From the NCBI GenBank assembly GCA_964188305.1, contig OZ076886.1: DNA of 64,000 bases. One strand, given 5' to 3'. How positions within the stretch are numbered: position 1 is the first letter of the stretch; each line of letters opens with the position of its first letter. This document shows positions 37,471 through 49,181 of this stretch, piece after piece. A program made the translations under genes and the position numbers. Source of the DNA: Podarcis bocagei (taxonomy: Eukaryota). The notes under the pieces are model-generated. The model did not search any database. It was not told where the DNA came from and saw only the letters and a list, made by a program, of their open reading frames with translations.

Positions 37471-40400
37471 ACACCACAAAATGTGTGTATTAGGGAAGGC
37501 TTGCACTAAAATGCAGATGAGAACTTTGGAAAATAAATTGCAGACTAATGTGGAAATGAGAAACCCAAGGGGACAGATTTGATCATCTCTAGCCGAGCTT
37601 CTTCCTCCCTTCACCCTCTGGCCATTCAATTCAAGCACTGAGCATGGCCTGGAGGCTTCTCATACTAGCCTCAGCAGCTCCTGACATGCTGCTGCAACTC
37701 CTATTCTTTACTGGGAAAATCAGAGTCTTTTGTGCTCTCCCTTTTTTATGCTTGCACTAAGATGAAGCAGCAGTAACTCTGCTCCCTCTGACCCTTACAA
37801 AAATCATAGGATAACAGACTAAAGTAACATAAAGGAAAAGGTAATAGGCAGAGATTACAAAATACAAACATTTTTCTTCATGCAGAAATACCCATATAGT
37901 GCTGTGTTCAAATGGAAAGTCTTGCGGAGGCATTGCAGGGAAGATCCTGCTGCCCATGGAACTCTTTCTCGTTTTTGAATATATGAATATGAATACATTT
38001 TGCCTAGTAAATGCATTTTTCCAAGCATCACACCATACTATTTGGTGTTGTTTTCACAAATATTCATGTTCATATTTTTATTTCATAAAAGAATTCACGC
38101 TGTTCGATCGTAAGGGGGGAGGGGAAACCCCTCAAAGCAGTTTACAAAAGATAAAAGAGTGAAATCAAGAAAAATAAAATCACAACCATACTTTAAAACA
38201 TACAAATTTAAAGTACTAAAACACATTAAAATCATCTCAACTTTCTAAGCATCTGTGTAGGCTTATTATTTTATTTCATAAAATTTATTTTCGTATGCCT
38301 ACATTTCTGTTATATATGCATTTCAGGGTTGGCAAGCTGCAGTGTAAAATTGAAAGCAGATCCCCAGACAGGTAGTGAGTAGAATTCTGATGCTGAGAAA
38401 TTTACCTGGCACATCTCCTTGATCAAAGATAGAAGGACCATCCATTGACCCTCCATCTTGCAGGTACACATTAACCGACACACAATTCTTGACAGTAAAG
38501 TGGAACAAGGAGTGAGTTATTGAAAATTGCCTTGGAACACACCTAAACGGTCCAGTATTAGTCACAGACTAGTCCACGTCATTGGAACTCTTTAACATTG
38601 GAGCCACAGATGTTTTTAGAAGTAGACAGCAGCATGTCACAGCTGCAGGATGCCGCTGCGGATGGACTTACACAATATGGTTTTTAATGTCAATTAATAT
38701 CACGTTGTCCTGGCATTGCATCATCCCTGCATCTTGCACATGTAACAAGCACTCTGATGAAGCAGTGTGGGTGGGTGGGGAGAAGGGATGCTGCTGGGTC
38801 ATCCACAGTTCGGTTTCATGTCAACCCACTGATGGTGAGATGCTCTGAATCTTACCCTGAACAGGTCTTGATGTTTGATGCCCGTCGGATATGCATCAGG
38901 ATTCACCCTGACTTAGTATATATAGTAAATCTAGCATGGTGAGTTCAATCGCTATTCCTGCCCCCCGGCTCTGCCAGCAGTGCGAATGGCCTGCCTGCTT
39001 TGCTATGGATCTCCCAGGCTCACCCTCTGGCTCTGGAATTAACTGCATTAATGACAAAGCTGGCTGAATGCAGGGAGAACAGAGTTGCTTCTCTGCCAGT
39101 CAGAAGGAATTAAGCAGACATGGGCAGATTAGCCACACAGGATTTTTTTTTTTTTAAAGAGTGAGACCATTCCCTGTGGCCAGAGGAGAAAGAGCTACTT
39201 TAGCAAGGGAAAGTCAATTGTTCCTGCCATTTATCAGAAGGCTCATTCTGAACCTTTGCCTCTCTCTCAAGCAGCTGAGCAAGGAGACTGTGCTCTTAGG
39301 ACAATCATACACCCCTTTTCCCAAGCGGGTAATAGGTGGGGACAGGGACTAGCCAAGGCTAAAGATCTAAGGCCATTCCTTCCATAAATGCATACACTGG
39401 GAACAAGAGATTAATGCTACACATGTCTACTGAGAAATGTAACACATTGAGTTCGGTGAAGCTTACTCCCAGGTGAGTGAGTATAATAGGATCAGATGAA
39501 ACCCCAGCACAAGAACGTAAGAAGAGCCTGCTGGATCAGGCCAAAGACCCATCTAGTCCATCATCCTGTCCTCACAATGGCCAGCAAGTTGTCAAGGGGA
39601 TCTCTCACACTAAAATGCAGATCAGAGGCTCTGGAAGGAGAGGAATAGGAAAGGCTATTGCTCCACTACGACAAGAATCTACCAGTCATGATTACTCATG
39701 CCATTGGAATAGAGCCTTACTGTGAATACTGTGCATTGGTCAGTGTGCACTGATCTACACACATAAAACAAATTCACGCACAGGCATCTTCCAAAAACCC
39801 ATCCCAAACCCCAAAACGTCCCATGGCAATTGGCAAATGGTAACGGGGGCAGGACTGTGAAATCCTGAAGCCCCTAGTTATGAACCGGCACCTGGGCGGT
39901 GGATATAGATTCAGTCACTCTGACTCAAGGAATGAGGCAGTTGAGCAGCTCGGCAGCTGTATCCATGACTGAGCAGCCCTATTTAGGATCCACTCTGCTC
40001 ACTTTGAAAAGAGGGAAGGGGCTAGAAAAGGTGCCCTAAACATAATCTGCCCCTCTTTTTCCCTGACTGGATTACCGCCCCCAGTGGGGTCATCACCCAG
40101 TGGTCGTAAAAGACAATTGAACTTTGGAACATGAAATATATGGACTTTGTCAGATAACACAGTCACTTATGCCCTCACTTTTGAGAACCCTGTTTATGGA
40201 AGACAATCTTACTTGGCTATGAGTGATTGCCAAAGAAGAAGAAGATGACAAGAAGGACCTAAGCGAAATAGCACTCTCTCCCCCTCGTGATTCCTTGCAA
40301 CTGGTACACAGAGCCTTAATATCTCTGACAGAGGAGGCAGATCAGATAGCCATCATAGAAATATGAGCATAGAGTGGAAAGTGTGTGCCCTGTTCTGACT

Positions 40401-40638
40401 TCTAAAGGTTTCCTGCAGTTTCTACAGGGTCATGGGCCCCAAAGGAAACATCTGACCAGGAGTAAGAACCAGGATGCCAAGTAGAGGAGCTTCCTGACAT
40501 TCCAATAGAGATCTCCACTCTCAAGTCTTTCTGTGGAGAACTGGTCCTCTAACTGAACAATGTGCCCATTCTTTCAGGAGCGTCAACAGAAAACGAAACC
40601 CTTCATGTCTGCCATGGAGTTGGGGACATTCAGTCCCC

Positions 40639-41135
40639 TGTGATGGGACGTTTTGTTTCTGCACATGACTTTGGCAAACCACTCTAAGCTGAAACATCGC
40701 CTCACCCATCCTAGAATGTTCAGTTCACATTGAGTTCATGAAACATCATATCCTGACCTGTTCCCAATGCATGGTTGACCACATCTATGGAATACAATAG
40801 TTATGCCCTGTTAAGTTTTGCTATATCAATCATTAGTTATAGTTTAATAAAGAGGTTTTCACGCCTGTCTAATTCTGTGTTCCCTTTCCCAACCTTTAAT
40901 CTATTGATGATTAATGTCTATATGCAACCCTTGTATTGTTTATGCAACCCTTGTATTGTATTTGTGTTAACCAATCAGCAACAAGCACATATGTGGCAAT
41001 GCTGTAATATTCAATAAAAGGGACTCCCCGAGACATGCTCGGCAGATGCCTCCCATATGACACTTGTCATTCGTCTGTCGTTTATTTCAACCCAACACCC
41101 TGCGCACCAGCGAGAATTGCATGTGCCCATCAACA
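40639..41135 (+). mobile_element. Possible solo LTR
   Basis: TG...CA ends with short inverted termini (TGATGGG/CCCATCA), CCAAT at 40971, TATA-like AATAAAAG at 41013, 20-bp tandem duplication at 40921-40960. No TSD recognised. Confidence 0.4.
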
Positions 41136-41672
41136 CTCACTTAAATTAATCCAGTCTGTGCTGCATTCTTTTTACATCATATTTGCAGCTCCCTCCTCTG
41201 CCAAGCTCATTTGGGGAACGCTTTTCCAGTGCTGATCAGGCAGCTAAATCCAAAGGGGGGGATCTTTTGTTCTGTCTTTTATTTGGGGGGGGGGTTAATC
41301 TGTGGATGAGGCCAGAGGTAAAAGAGAGCAGAGTTCACAGCAATTCAAGATGGCATAGTTCTCCTGCCTCTGTGTGACTCCATCTCCTTCCCTTTCCCTC
41401 TGAGCGACTTTATGTGCAAAGAACATTGCAAAATCATTGCAGGAAGTCTTGGGGTCCTCACCAGACCCCAAGGGACTAATAGTGCACTATTAGTCCCATA
41501 CCTAAAATTCAGACCCAAAAAGGGGAGGGGGGGAGGCATAATAAAAGCAGCTGACATGAACTTCAGATTGAGAAGGCACAGAAGATTATTGCACACACCA
41601 CAACTGAATCGTACGTCAGTTTAGGCAACAAGTTCCTTAGCCAACATGTGTTTGCTTTTGTCATTCTGTGAA

Positions 41673-41817
41673 GTTAGCTGTGTCAGTAGAGCAGGAGACT
41701 CTTAATCTCGGGGTTGTGGGTTCGAGCCCTACAGTGGGCAAAATATTTCTGCATTGCAGGGGTGGACTAGATGATCCTCGTGGTCCCTTCCAACTCTACA
41801 ATTCTATGATTCTATGA
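41673..41817 (+). mobile_element. tRNA-Lys-derived SINE with CR1 3' tail (lacertid POM-like SINE)
   Basis: tRNA-Lys-like head (GACTCTTAATCTC...GGGTTCGAGCCC) followed by the CR1 end CCCTTCCAACTCTAC(ATTCTATG)2. Confidence 0.8.
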
Positions 41818-42162
41818 AATAATTGATGAGGATAAACCCATTAAATATCACACGGTGCCTAGAGTGGATGTCAATCATGGAAACCATAGAAGTATGCCAA
41901 GTATTGTGGTAAGGTCTCAGTGGGTGTCAGTTCAGTTTCATTTCAATATCTTTATTAGAATGAAAACACCTTCATCTCATCCCCCATTCTTATGATGTCG
42001 TTCTGCTGTGGCCGCATCACAGGTGATTGTTATGGCAACATGGTGCCTGCCTTCTGTACTGATGGGAAGATTCTTTCTTTCCCTCTGAGGCTGTTGGGCC
42101 ACTGTCTGGTCTTGTGATAGCCTCAGGACAAAGGGACATAGCCTCTGAAAGATCCCATCACA

Positions 42163-43362
42163 ATGCACTACCCTAAGAAGTCCAAGAGTCCTGGCCCTGT
42201 AGGGCACAGACCAAGCTCAAAGGGCCTCCCGTCAGACTCCTCCTCATGCCCGTCCGACAAGTACAAGGACTATGCTGCTGTTGTTATAGACACAGGCACT
42301 GGATACACCAAGAGTGGCCTGGCTGGGGATGAGAAGCCGAGATCCATTGTGCCAAGTGTTGTGGGGGTGCCAAGGTACAGGACCAAGGAAAGCCCATTGT
42401 ACTACATTGGGAAGAGCATCCCACAGCGGCGTGCGGAGGTCAGCACACACCAGGTAATGACCCATGGAGTCGTGACAGATTGGGATGCCCTAGAGATGCT
42501 ATGGCACCATGTCTTCTACACAGAGCTCAGCGTGTGCCCTGAAGAGCTTGCTGTGCTGGTCACCGATTCCCCCATGTCCCCAACGACTAACCGCGAGAAA
42601 ATGGCGGAGCTGCTCTTTGAGAACTTTGAAGTGCCAGCCATGTTTGTGGCTCATCAGTCCCTTTTGTCGGTGTATTCCTACGGCCGGACAGGTGGTCTGG
42701 TGATTGGCTCTGGCTATGGGACATCCTACACCGCTCCTGTCCACGATGGCTACATTTTACCTCATGCCACCTACCGACTGGACATAGCAGGCCATGCCCT
42801 GACGGAATACCTGGCCAAGCTGATGGGAGAATCTGGGAACCCTTTCCATAAGGATGAAATGGAGGTGGTATGTCAGATCAAGGAGAAGTGCTGCTATATC
42901 CCGGAGGAATATGAGGGTGAACTGAATGCTGATGAGAAGAAATACCTCATGGACTACACCCTTCCTGACAGGCAGGTTATCTCCATCGGCAGTGAGCGCT
43001 TCCGCTGCTCAGAGATCCTCTTCAATCCGACCATGCTGGGCTTCCCAGAGGTGGGGCTTCATGTCCAAGCTATAAGCAGCATCAGGAAATGCAAGCCAGA
43101 GCGACAAGCAGACCTGCTTGCCAATGTGCTGCTGGCTGGTGGAACTACCATGCTTCGTGGCTTTTCCGAGAGGATTAAGAAGGAACTGCAGAAGATGGAG
43201 CCATCCAAAAAGGTGGGCATCCTGGCTTCCCCCAACCGCACCTTCTCTGCCTGGTTGGGTGGCTCCATTGTGGCATCCCTCAACTCTTTCCAGAACGTGT
43301 GGATTGACCGGCAGGCCTACAATGAGAAGGGCTCCTTCATTGTCCACCGGCACTGCTTCTGA
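42163..43362 (+). CDS. ACTL11: Intronless actin-like protein, 399 aa (ACTL11-like; ACTL7/ACTL9 testis actin-related clade)
   Basis: Uninterrupted ORF with actin-fold motifs: VVIDTGTGYTKSG (P1 loop), HGVVTDWD, NREKMAELLFENF, LPDRQVISIGSERF, NVLLAGGTTM, SAWLGGSI and C-terminal IVHRHCF. In-frame TAG at 42139-42141 upstream of the ATG. PEELAVLVxDSPxSP, GLVxGSGxGTSY and TYRLDxAG match my recollection of rodent Actl11. Actin-like status is near certain; the exact orthologue is about 0.65. Confidence 0.92.
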   Translation: MHYPKKSKSPGPVGHRPSSKGLPSDSSSCPSDKYKDYAAVVIDTGTGYTKSGLAGDEKPRSIVPSVVGVPRYRTKESPLYYIGKSIPQRRAEVSTHQVMTHGVVTDWDALEMLWHHVFYTELSVCPEELAVLVTDSPMSPTTNREKMAELLFENFEVPAMFVAHQSLLSVYSYGRTGGLVIGSGYGTSYTAPVHDGYILPHATYRLDIAGHALTEYLAKLMGESGNPFHKDEMEVVCQIKEKCCYIPEEYEGELNADEKKYLMDYTLPDRQVISIGSERFRCSEILFNPTMLGFPEVGLHVQAISSIRKCKPERQADLLANVLLAGGTTMLRGFSERIKKELQKMEPSKKVGILASPNRTFSAWLGGSIVASLNSFQNVWIDRQAYNEKGSFIVHRHCF

Positions 43363-44044
43363 TCAAGGCGGTGGCATGCCAGGCTTGGCAAGGGCATGTG
43401 TCAAAGGGAAAATCTCCTCTACAACATGCTGTTTTTTTTAGCATAGCACTTCTGAGTCAGTTCTGTCACCACTATTGGAGATGGGGAAGAGCAAAGGGAG
43501 TTTGTAGGGATTTACAAAAAATATAAGAAGAGGTGGGGAGGGAGAGAGGGAGAGAGTGGAAATGTTGAACCAAGTAATGGATCCTTTAAAAAAATGTAAT
43601 TTGTTACAGGTAAAGCCTATCAAAAGAAGCAGTGCAAGATATGTGTGCCATATTTCTCACATACACACAAGTATGAACTGCCTCATAGGCAGACCTACAC
43701 ATCTGCACCTCTTTCTTTAGATCAGTTCGTGGCTACTAGCCATGAGGGCTATGTTCTACCTGGTCAATCACTGTGAGAACAAGATGCTGGTCTAGGTGAG
43801 CCTTTTCCTCTGATCCAGCAGAGCTATTCTTATGTTCTTACATTTGTGGTGGAAGAACTCACCCACCACCATTTGCAGTTCTCACTGTAGCTTTCTCCCA
43901 AATCTGTGAACAGTTACCCATATTTAGAGATTGTTCCTCCCCCTCACACATTTCCGCCCACTGTCCAAAGAGAGCGCAACCTGTAAAACTGCTCATACAT
44001 TGAGGTCAATCAAGACTGTGAGGTGAGGAGCTTGAGTCCAGGGA

Positions 44045-44050
44045 AATAAA
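44045..44050 (+). promoter_or_regulatory. Candidate polyadenylation signal of the actin-like gene
   Basis: AATAAA about 680 bp downstream of the stop codon. Confidence 0.45.
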
Positions 44051-45629
44051 TGAAAACATAGCCATTGCTGACCGTATGTGGCTCCTCTTCCTGATAAATA
44101 TTGAGACTGACGAATCCTGCTCCTGCTAAAGAATGCCACTGGAACAGAAGAGTTTATCAGAACAGGGCTTTTAGTCCTTTAGCAAAGGCTAGTTAGTCAG
44201 AATCTCTGCTAAGGCCAAAGGACACAAATACAGAATCCTGTGCTGTTTTCTGTGACAAAAGGTGGCGTTATCTGCAAATCATGGGGGAGAGGTTTCAAAG
44301 TTGGTGTAGTGAAGGATGGATGAGTGAGTGAGTGGTGGATAGAGGAGGCATTGTCCAAGTCCTCTGGGCCACAAGTAGAGCCCTGCAGGATCACACCCAT
44401 GGCCTATCTCACCCAGCATCCTGCTTTCCAGAGTTGCCAGTTGCTGCCTATGGAAAGCCCACATGCAGGGCAAGATGACAATAGCCCTTACTTGCAGATG
44501 TTCTCCAGAAACTGGTACCCAGGGACTCACTGCCTCTTATCTCAGGGGTAAACCTATACATCTTCCACTTTGCATGTATTTCTCTCATTTAATATTTGCA
44601 CCCCTAAGCAATGGGAGAGTGAAGAGACATTTACAGCTATCTCATAAACCAGAGATTGTGTTGCCATAGACCAGCTCTTTGGCAGAGAGCATCTTTTTTG
44701 GGGGCTGGAGGTAGCGCAGCCTCTTTTCTCTTACATCCTCCCTGGGGATCCTATGCCAGGAACTTCAGAGATGGTCTTTCTCCTGAAAGAACTGGGAACT
44801 GATTCTGTTTCTTTTGCCCTGTCTCCATGACAATCTATGTAATTACCGCTGGTGGACTATTTGTTGCCATGGCAAATTTAAATGCACACTGATCCTTGTG
44901 TGTGTTATGCTATGAGTCATTGGCTGAGCTGCCACCCAGCAGGGTCTGTGAACATACTAGCTCTTCACTTTGCTCCAGAAGGAAAGAGGCTGATCAGCTG
45001 TGGCGGATCACATGGGGTGGCTTGGCTGTGCTAAAGTTAACACCGAGTGAGGCATCCCAGCACTCTCAGCCTCTCCTATAGGCTCCTTGCAGAATGAGAT
45101 TCTCCACCCACAAGACCAGTGAGTTGGCTTGCCACCCTCTCTTCCAAATATCCCCACTGTGATCTGGCTTCCTTGGCAGCTGAAAAGTACCTGTAGATGC
45201 ATCGGGTACTGAGAGGTTGGCCCCCTTTGTTTCCCTTCTGGTGAGAGAAGTGATTGACAGTCCAAAAATGGATAGTTCACAAGCAGGTAGCAAAGTTGTT
45301 GAGAAAGGAAGCTGCCCAGGAACAACTTGCCAGGATGAAAAAGTGCAGATGGTTCTAGTGTCAAAAACTGTTCCATTAAAAATAAGTGGTGATTTTCAAA
45401 CCGGAGGAATTAAGTGCTCTTGGTGTGTCCAGGGTGGGTGGGTGGGTGTGTCCTGTAATGATTGCTGCCATCCATTGCATCACTTTTACGCCCACTCTCC
45501 CATTTTCCATTATGGCAGCCCTGCTTCCTTTCCCAGCCATAAAAGTTGGTGGGAGGAAGAAACAGATGAAAAAAAGAGGTATGGGCAGGTAGTAACTAAA
45601 CCCAAAGGAGCCCTGCTTACCCCTCAGAA

Positions 45630-45765
45630 CAGGCTTCCTCAATCTCGGCCCTCCAGTTGTTTTTGGCCTACAACTCCCATGATCCCTAGCTAGCAGGACT
45701 AGTGGTCAGGGATGATGGGAATTGTAGTCTCAAAACATCTGGACGGCCGAGGTTGAGGAAGCCTG
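45630..45765. mobile_element. Short palindromic hAT MITE (abundant family; older copies near 15400, 23660, 32340, 57030, 59170)
   Basis: TIR CAGGCTTCCTCAA, 8-bp TSD CCTCAGAA, core ACAACTCCCAT...GATGGGAATTGTAGT. Confidence 0.85.
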
Positions 45766-45794
45766 CCTCAGAATGACCAGGATCCGAGTTCAGA

Positions 45795-46010
45795 TGTTGT
45801 TGTTGTTGTTTAGTCATTTAGTCATGTCCGACACTTCATGCCCCATGGACCAGAGCACACCAGGCACTCCTGTCTTCCACTGCCTCCCACAGTTTGGTCA
45901 AACTTCAAGAACACTGTCCAACCATCTCGTCCTCTGTCGTCCCCTTCTCCTTGTGCGCTCAATCTTTCCCAACACCAGGATCTTTCCTGGGAGTCTTCTC
46001 TTCTCACTAA
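45795..46010 (-). mobile_element. RTE-BovB 3' end
   Basis: (CAA)n tail with GGGGCATGAAGTGTCGGACATGACTAAATGACTAAAC and a RGRDGW-type ORF end. Confidence 0.75.
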
Positions 46011-46164
46011 GCTCAGATGAATGTTGTTAATTGAGTTCTCTCTCATGTTGATGCCACACTTGGGGATCAGCAAGGATTCCCTCTACTTATGCCACATAAA
46101 AGCAATCCAAACGGATTACTCTGGACAAGCCAATGGATCCTTACAATCAGTGTATGTGCTATAG

Positions 46165-46434
46165 CAGGGTGGTCCAACATTCAGCCTGAATGCAGCCCTC
46201 AAGGCCTTTTTTTTTATCGCCCTCAACAATATTTAATGCCCCCTTCCCACAGCCCTCATGCTGCCTTCCCAAAGCCAGAGAAGTGAGGTGCTGGGCTTTG
46301 GGAAGGAGGCATGGGGCTCTGACAAGATCCTAGAGTCCTCCTTCTCATGGCCTAGGTGGTGGTTTCACAACTTGGCAGGGTCCCTGTTGAAGTAGTCTTG
46401 TGGCCCACTTGGTATGAAAAGTTGGAGCATCCTG
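46165..46434. mobile_element. hAT MITE
   Basis: 8-bp TSD TGCTATAG, ends CAGGGTGGTCCAAC / GTTGGAGCATCCTG. Confidence 0.75.
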
Positions 46435-47597
46435 TGCTATAGTATACTTCGTGGAGGTCAATGTGCTTGATGGAGTCCCTCTTCCTTCACACGCACCCAG
46501 AAGCGGGTGCTGTTCATGATGGACCAGGAGTCCTCTTCAAAGTGGCCAGGAATCAAAGCAGAATTCACATGAGTTTCCCAAGTTCCTCTTGGGCTGGAGG
46601 GGCAGTGACTTCACTTTCTGCTCTACCACAGATAGCTGGCATGCCTGCTGTGTCCAGCATGGTTGTGACTATTTGTATAAAATCCAGTCAAAATGGTATG
46701 CTAAACTGGAGGTAAGAAACAGAAGGAGAAAACTGGCTGGGAGCTTCTCTGTCAGTATGACTTCAAGCCGTGCCAGCTCTATTCGCGCATCAAGAGGGAG
46801 CCTTCGGTCTTCTGAAGAAGGAAAACTGGGCTGTCCTTCCATGTGGTAAGAGTAATATGCAGCCTGGCTACTTATTTAGTCTATTCTCTGGGAAAGTTCT
46901 GAGTTGGGCATTCTGGGAAGCAGCACAAACTGGACCAAATGGGGTTGTTAAACTCCTCTCTAGCAACATAGTCTGAAGAACAGGGTCCAAGTCTTACCGA
47001 GGCTGACCCACGTCACTGCATAAGCAATACCCCCCTTTAATCACATTAATGCTATAAATTAGCATTTAATGCTACAAATGCTTGTAAATATTGAGCTGTG
47101 TCTGCCTCCCGCTGATTAATTGGGAATTATACTTGAGGTTACCACACAGTTCGAAGATTAATAACTGTGTATCTTGCTGTTTGCAGGCTGCATGATTAAA
47201 CTCTTGATTGGAAGCCGAGTCTACAGTGCACTGCTAATTCCCCCTTGCTTACCCAGCAGTTAATTACAGGCATAGGTGGTCGGCAGTTAGCGTGATCATA
47301 GTTCTTGCCTGTGCAAAGTGCAGCCCCCCTCAGCAGTGGCTGAAATACACCCAGACATTTAGCCAGGAAATTCCGGCAAAGGCCTTGCTGCGTAGTGTCA
47401 CACAGCCAGGGATGCTTGAGCCAGTGATAGGGCTGAGATTGAGTCTAGTGAGCAAAAACTGAATGTGCGCGCGCTTTGACCTCTCATTAGCTGTAGAAGG
47501 TATGTGCTGCAGCAGGAAAGCTTGGTATTCTGCCTTTGCCTGGCAAACAGAAGAAACTGCCTTACACTTAGGGTTTAGCCACACTTACCTCTTGCCC

Positions 47598-47976
47598 AGG
47601 ACGTGGGTGGTGCTGTGGTGTAAACCACAGAGCCTAGGGCTTACCAATCAGAAGGTCGGTGGTTCAAATCCCCGTGATGGGGTGAGCTCCCATTGCTCTG
47701 TCCCAGCTCCTGCCAACCTAGCAGTTTGAAAGCACATCAAAGTGCAAGTAGATAAATAGATACTGCTCCGGCAAGAAGGTAAACAGTGTTTCCATGCGCT
47801 GCTCTGGTTTTGCCAGAAGCGGCTTAGTCATGCTGGCCACATGACCAGGAAATACTGTCTGCGAACAAGACAAACGTCGGCTCCCTCTGCCAGTAAAGTG
47901 AGATGAGTGCTGCAACCCCAGAGTCATTCGTGACTATACTTACCGTAACTATCAGCGGTCCTTTACCTTTACCTTT
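47598..47976 (+). mobile_element. Sauria SINE
   Basis: Head GGACGTGGGTGGTGCTGTGG, conserved body, (ACCTTT)n tail. Confidence 0.9.
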
Positions 47977-48768
47977 TGCCCTTTGCTTTCTAGGCACAGA
48001 TCTGCCACTCCCCCCCCCCATGCCACTTTCCCCAGGAAAACTCAATCTTTACTGCTAAATTGGAACACATGTCAATTTGGGTTTTGCGTGGATTGCTGTT
48101 TGCTCTGCTTCAGAGGTAAAGAGTAGGTTTTTGCAGGGAAAGTGGAAGGGCAAAAGGAAAAGGAAGAGTGCTCTGACACAAAGTTGGGAAGCCTGGACCT
48201 GCGCCTACAAGTGCAGAGCAAAGGTTAAGTGTGGGTGAGCCCCCTGAGTCAAGCCACTAGTCCATCTAGCTCAGTATTGTGCACACTGGCTCCAGGGTAT
48301 CAGACAGGGAATATTCCCAGTCCTACCTGGAGATGCCAGTGATGGAACCCGGGACCTTCTCGTGCAAAACAGATGCTGACCTATGACCCTTCCTGTAGTA
48401 CCAGGCGCCTGCAGCACTTTATGTTTGACATTCTCCAGCATCCCACTCAATTCTTCATTTCCAGCTCCATGTACAACAACCGACCTGAGAGTGCCAGAGC
48501 TGCAGAACACATCTTCCGGGTCTAGATATAGGTATGATCACTGACGCCTCCTCCCATGCCAGGAGAGAAGCGCATCAGACCAAGGCAGTACAACAAAAGT
48601 CATTTGATTTCCCCATCCACAACAGCTATGAAAGGGTGGTGGCAGCAGCTAGGAGTTGGAACTTTAGCTTGGTGGTAGAACATATGCTTTGCATGCCAAA
48701 GTTTCCCAGATTCAATCCTCAGCCTCTCCAGGTAGAGCTGAGAAGTCCTCCTGCCTGAAACCCTAGAG

Positions 48769-49153
48769 TAGGGGTCAGCAAATTTACCGCGCCTCAGGCC
48801 AGTGTCTCCAGCACCAATCACGCAGCAGGCTGGAGGGCTGGGGAGCGTGTGCCCATACGTGTGCGCATACGCTATTTCTGGCGCACTTCCGGGTCGGAGG
48901 AGCACCGGAAATAGCTTGTGCACATGTGCATGGGCCTCCTCCAACCCAGATGTGCACTGGAAATAATGAGCATGCGCAAATAACGCTTGCGCATGCGCAC
49001 AAGCTATTTACGGTGCTCCTCCAACCCGGAAGTGGGCAGCCGTGCAGCACAGCACTGGTAAGAGCAGGCAGTGGCAGCGGGGGTCACCGGGGGCCAGATA
49101 AACAAGTCCTTCAGGCCTTATCTGGCCCGCGGACCTTAGTTTGGGGACCCCTG
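48769..49153. mobile_element. hAT (Charlie-like) MITE with internal inverted repeats
   Basis: Ends (T/C)AGGGGTC...GACCCCTG and 8-bp TSD CCCTAGAG. Confidence 0.85.
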
Positions 49154-49181
49154 CCCTAGAGGGTCACTATCACTCAGTGTC

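Noticed and set aside
41673-41745. tRNA-Lys-like sequence
   Set aside because: Degenerate and fused to a CR1 tail, so it is a SINE head rather than a tRNA gene.
42244-43441. Antisense and alternative-frame ORFs over the actin-like gene
   Set aside because: Shadow ORFs of a real CDS with no independent motifs.
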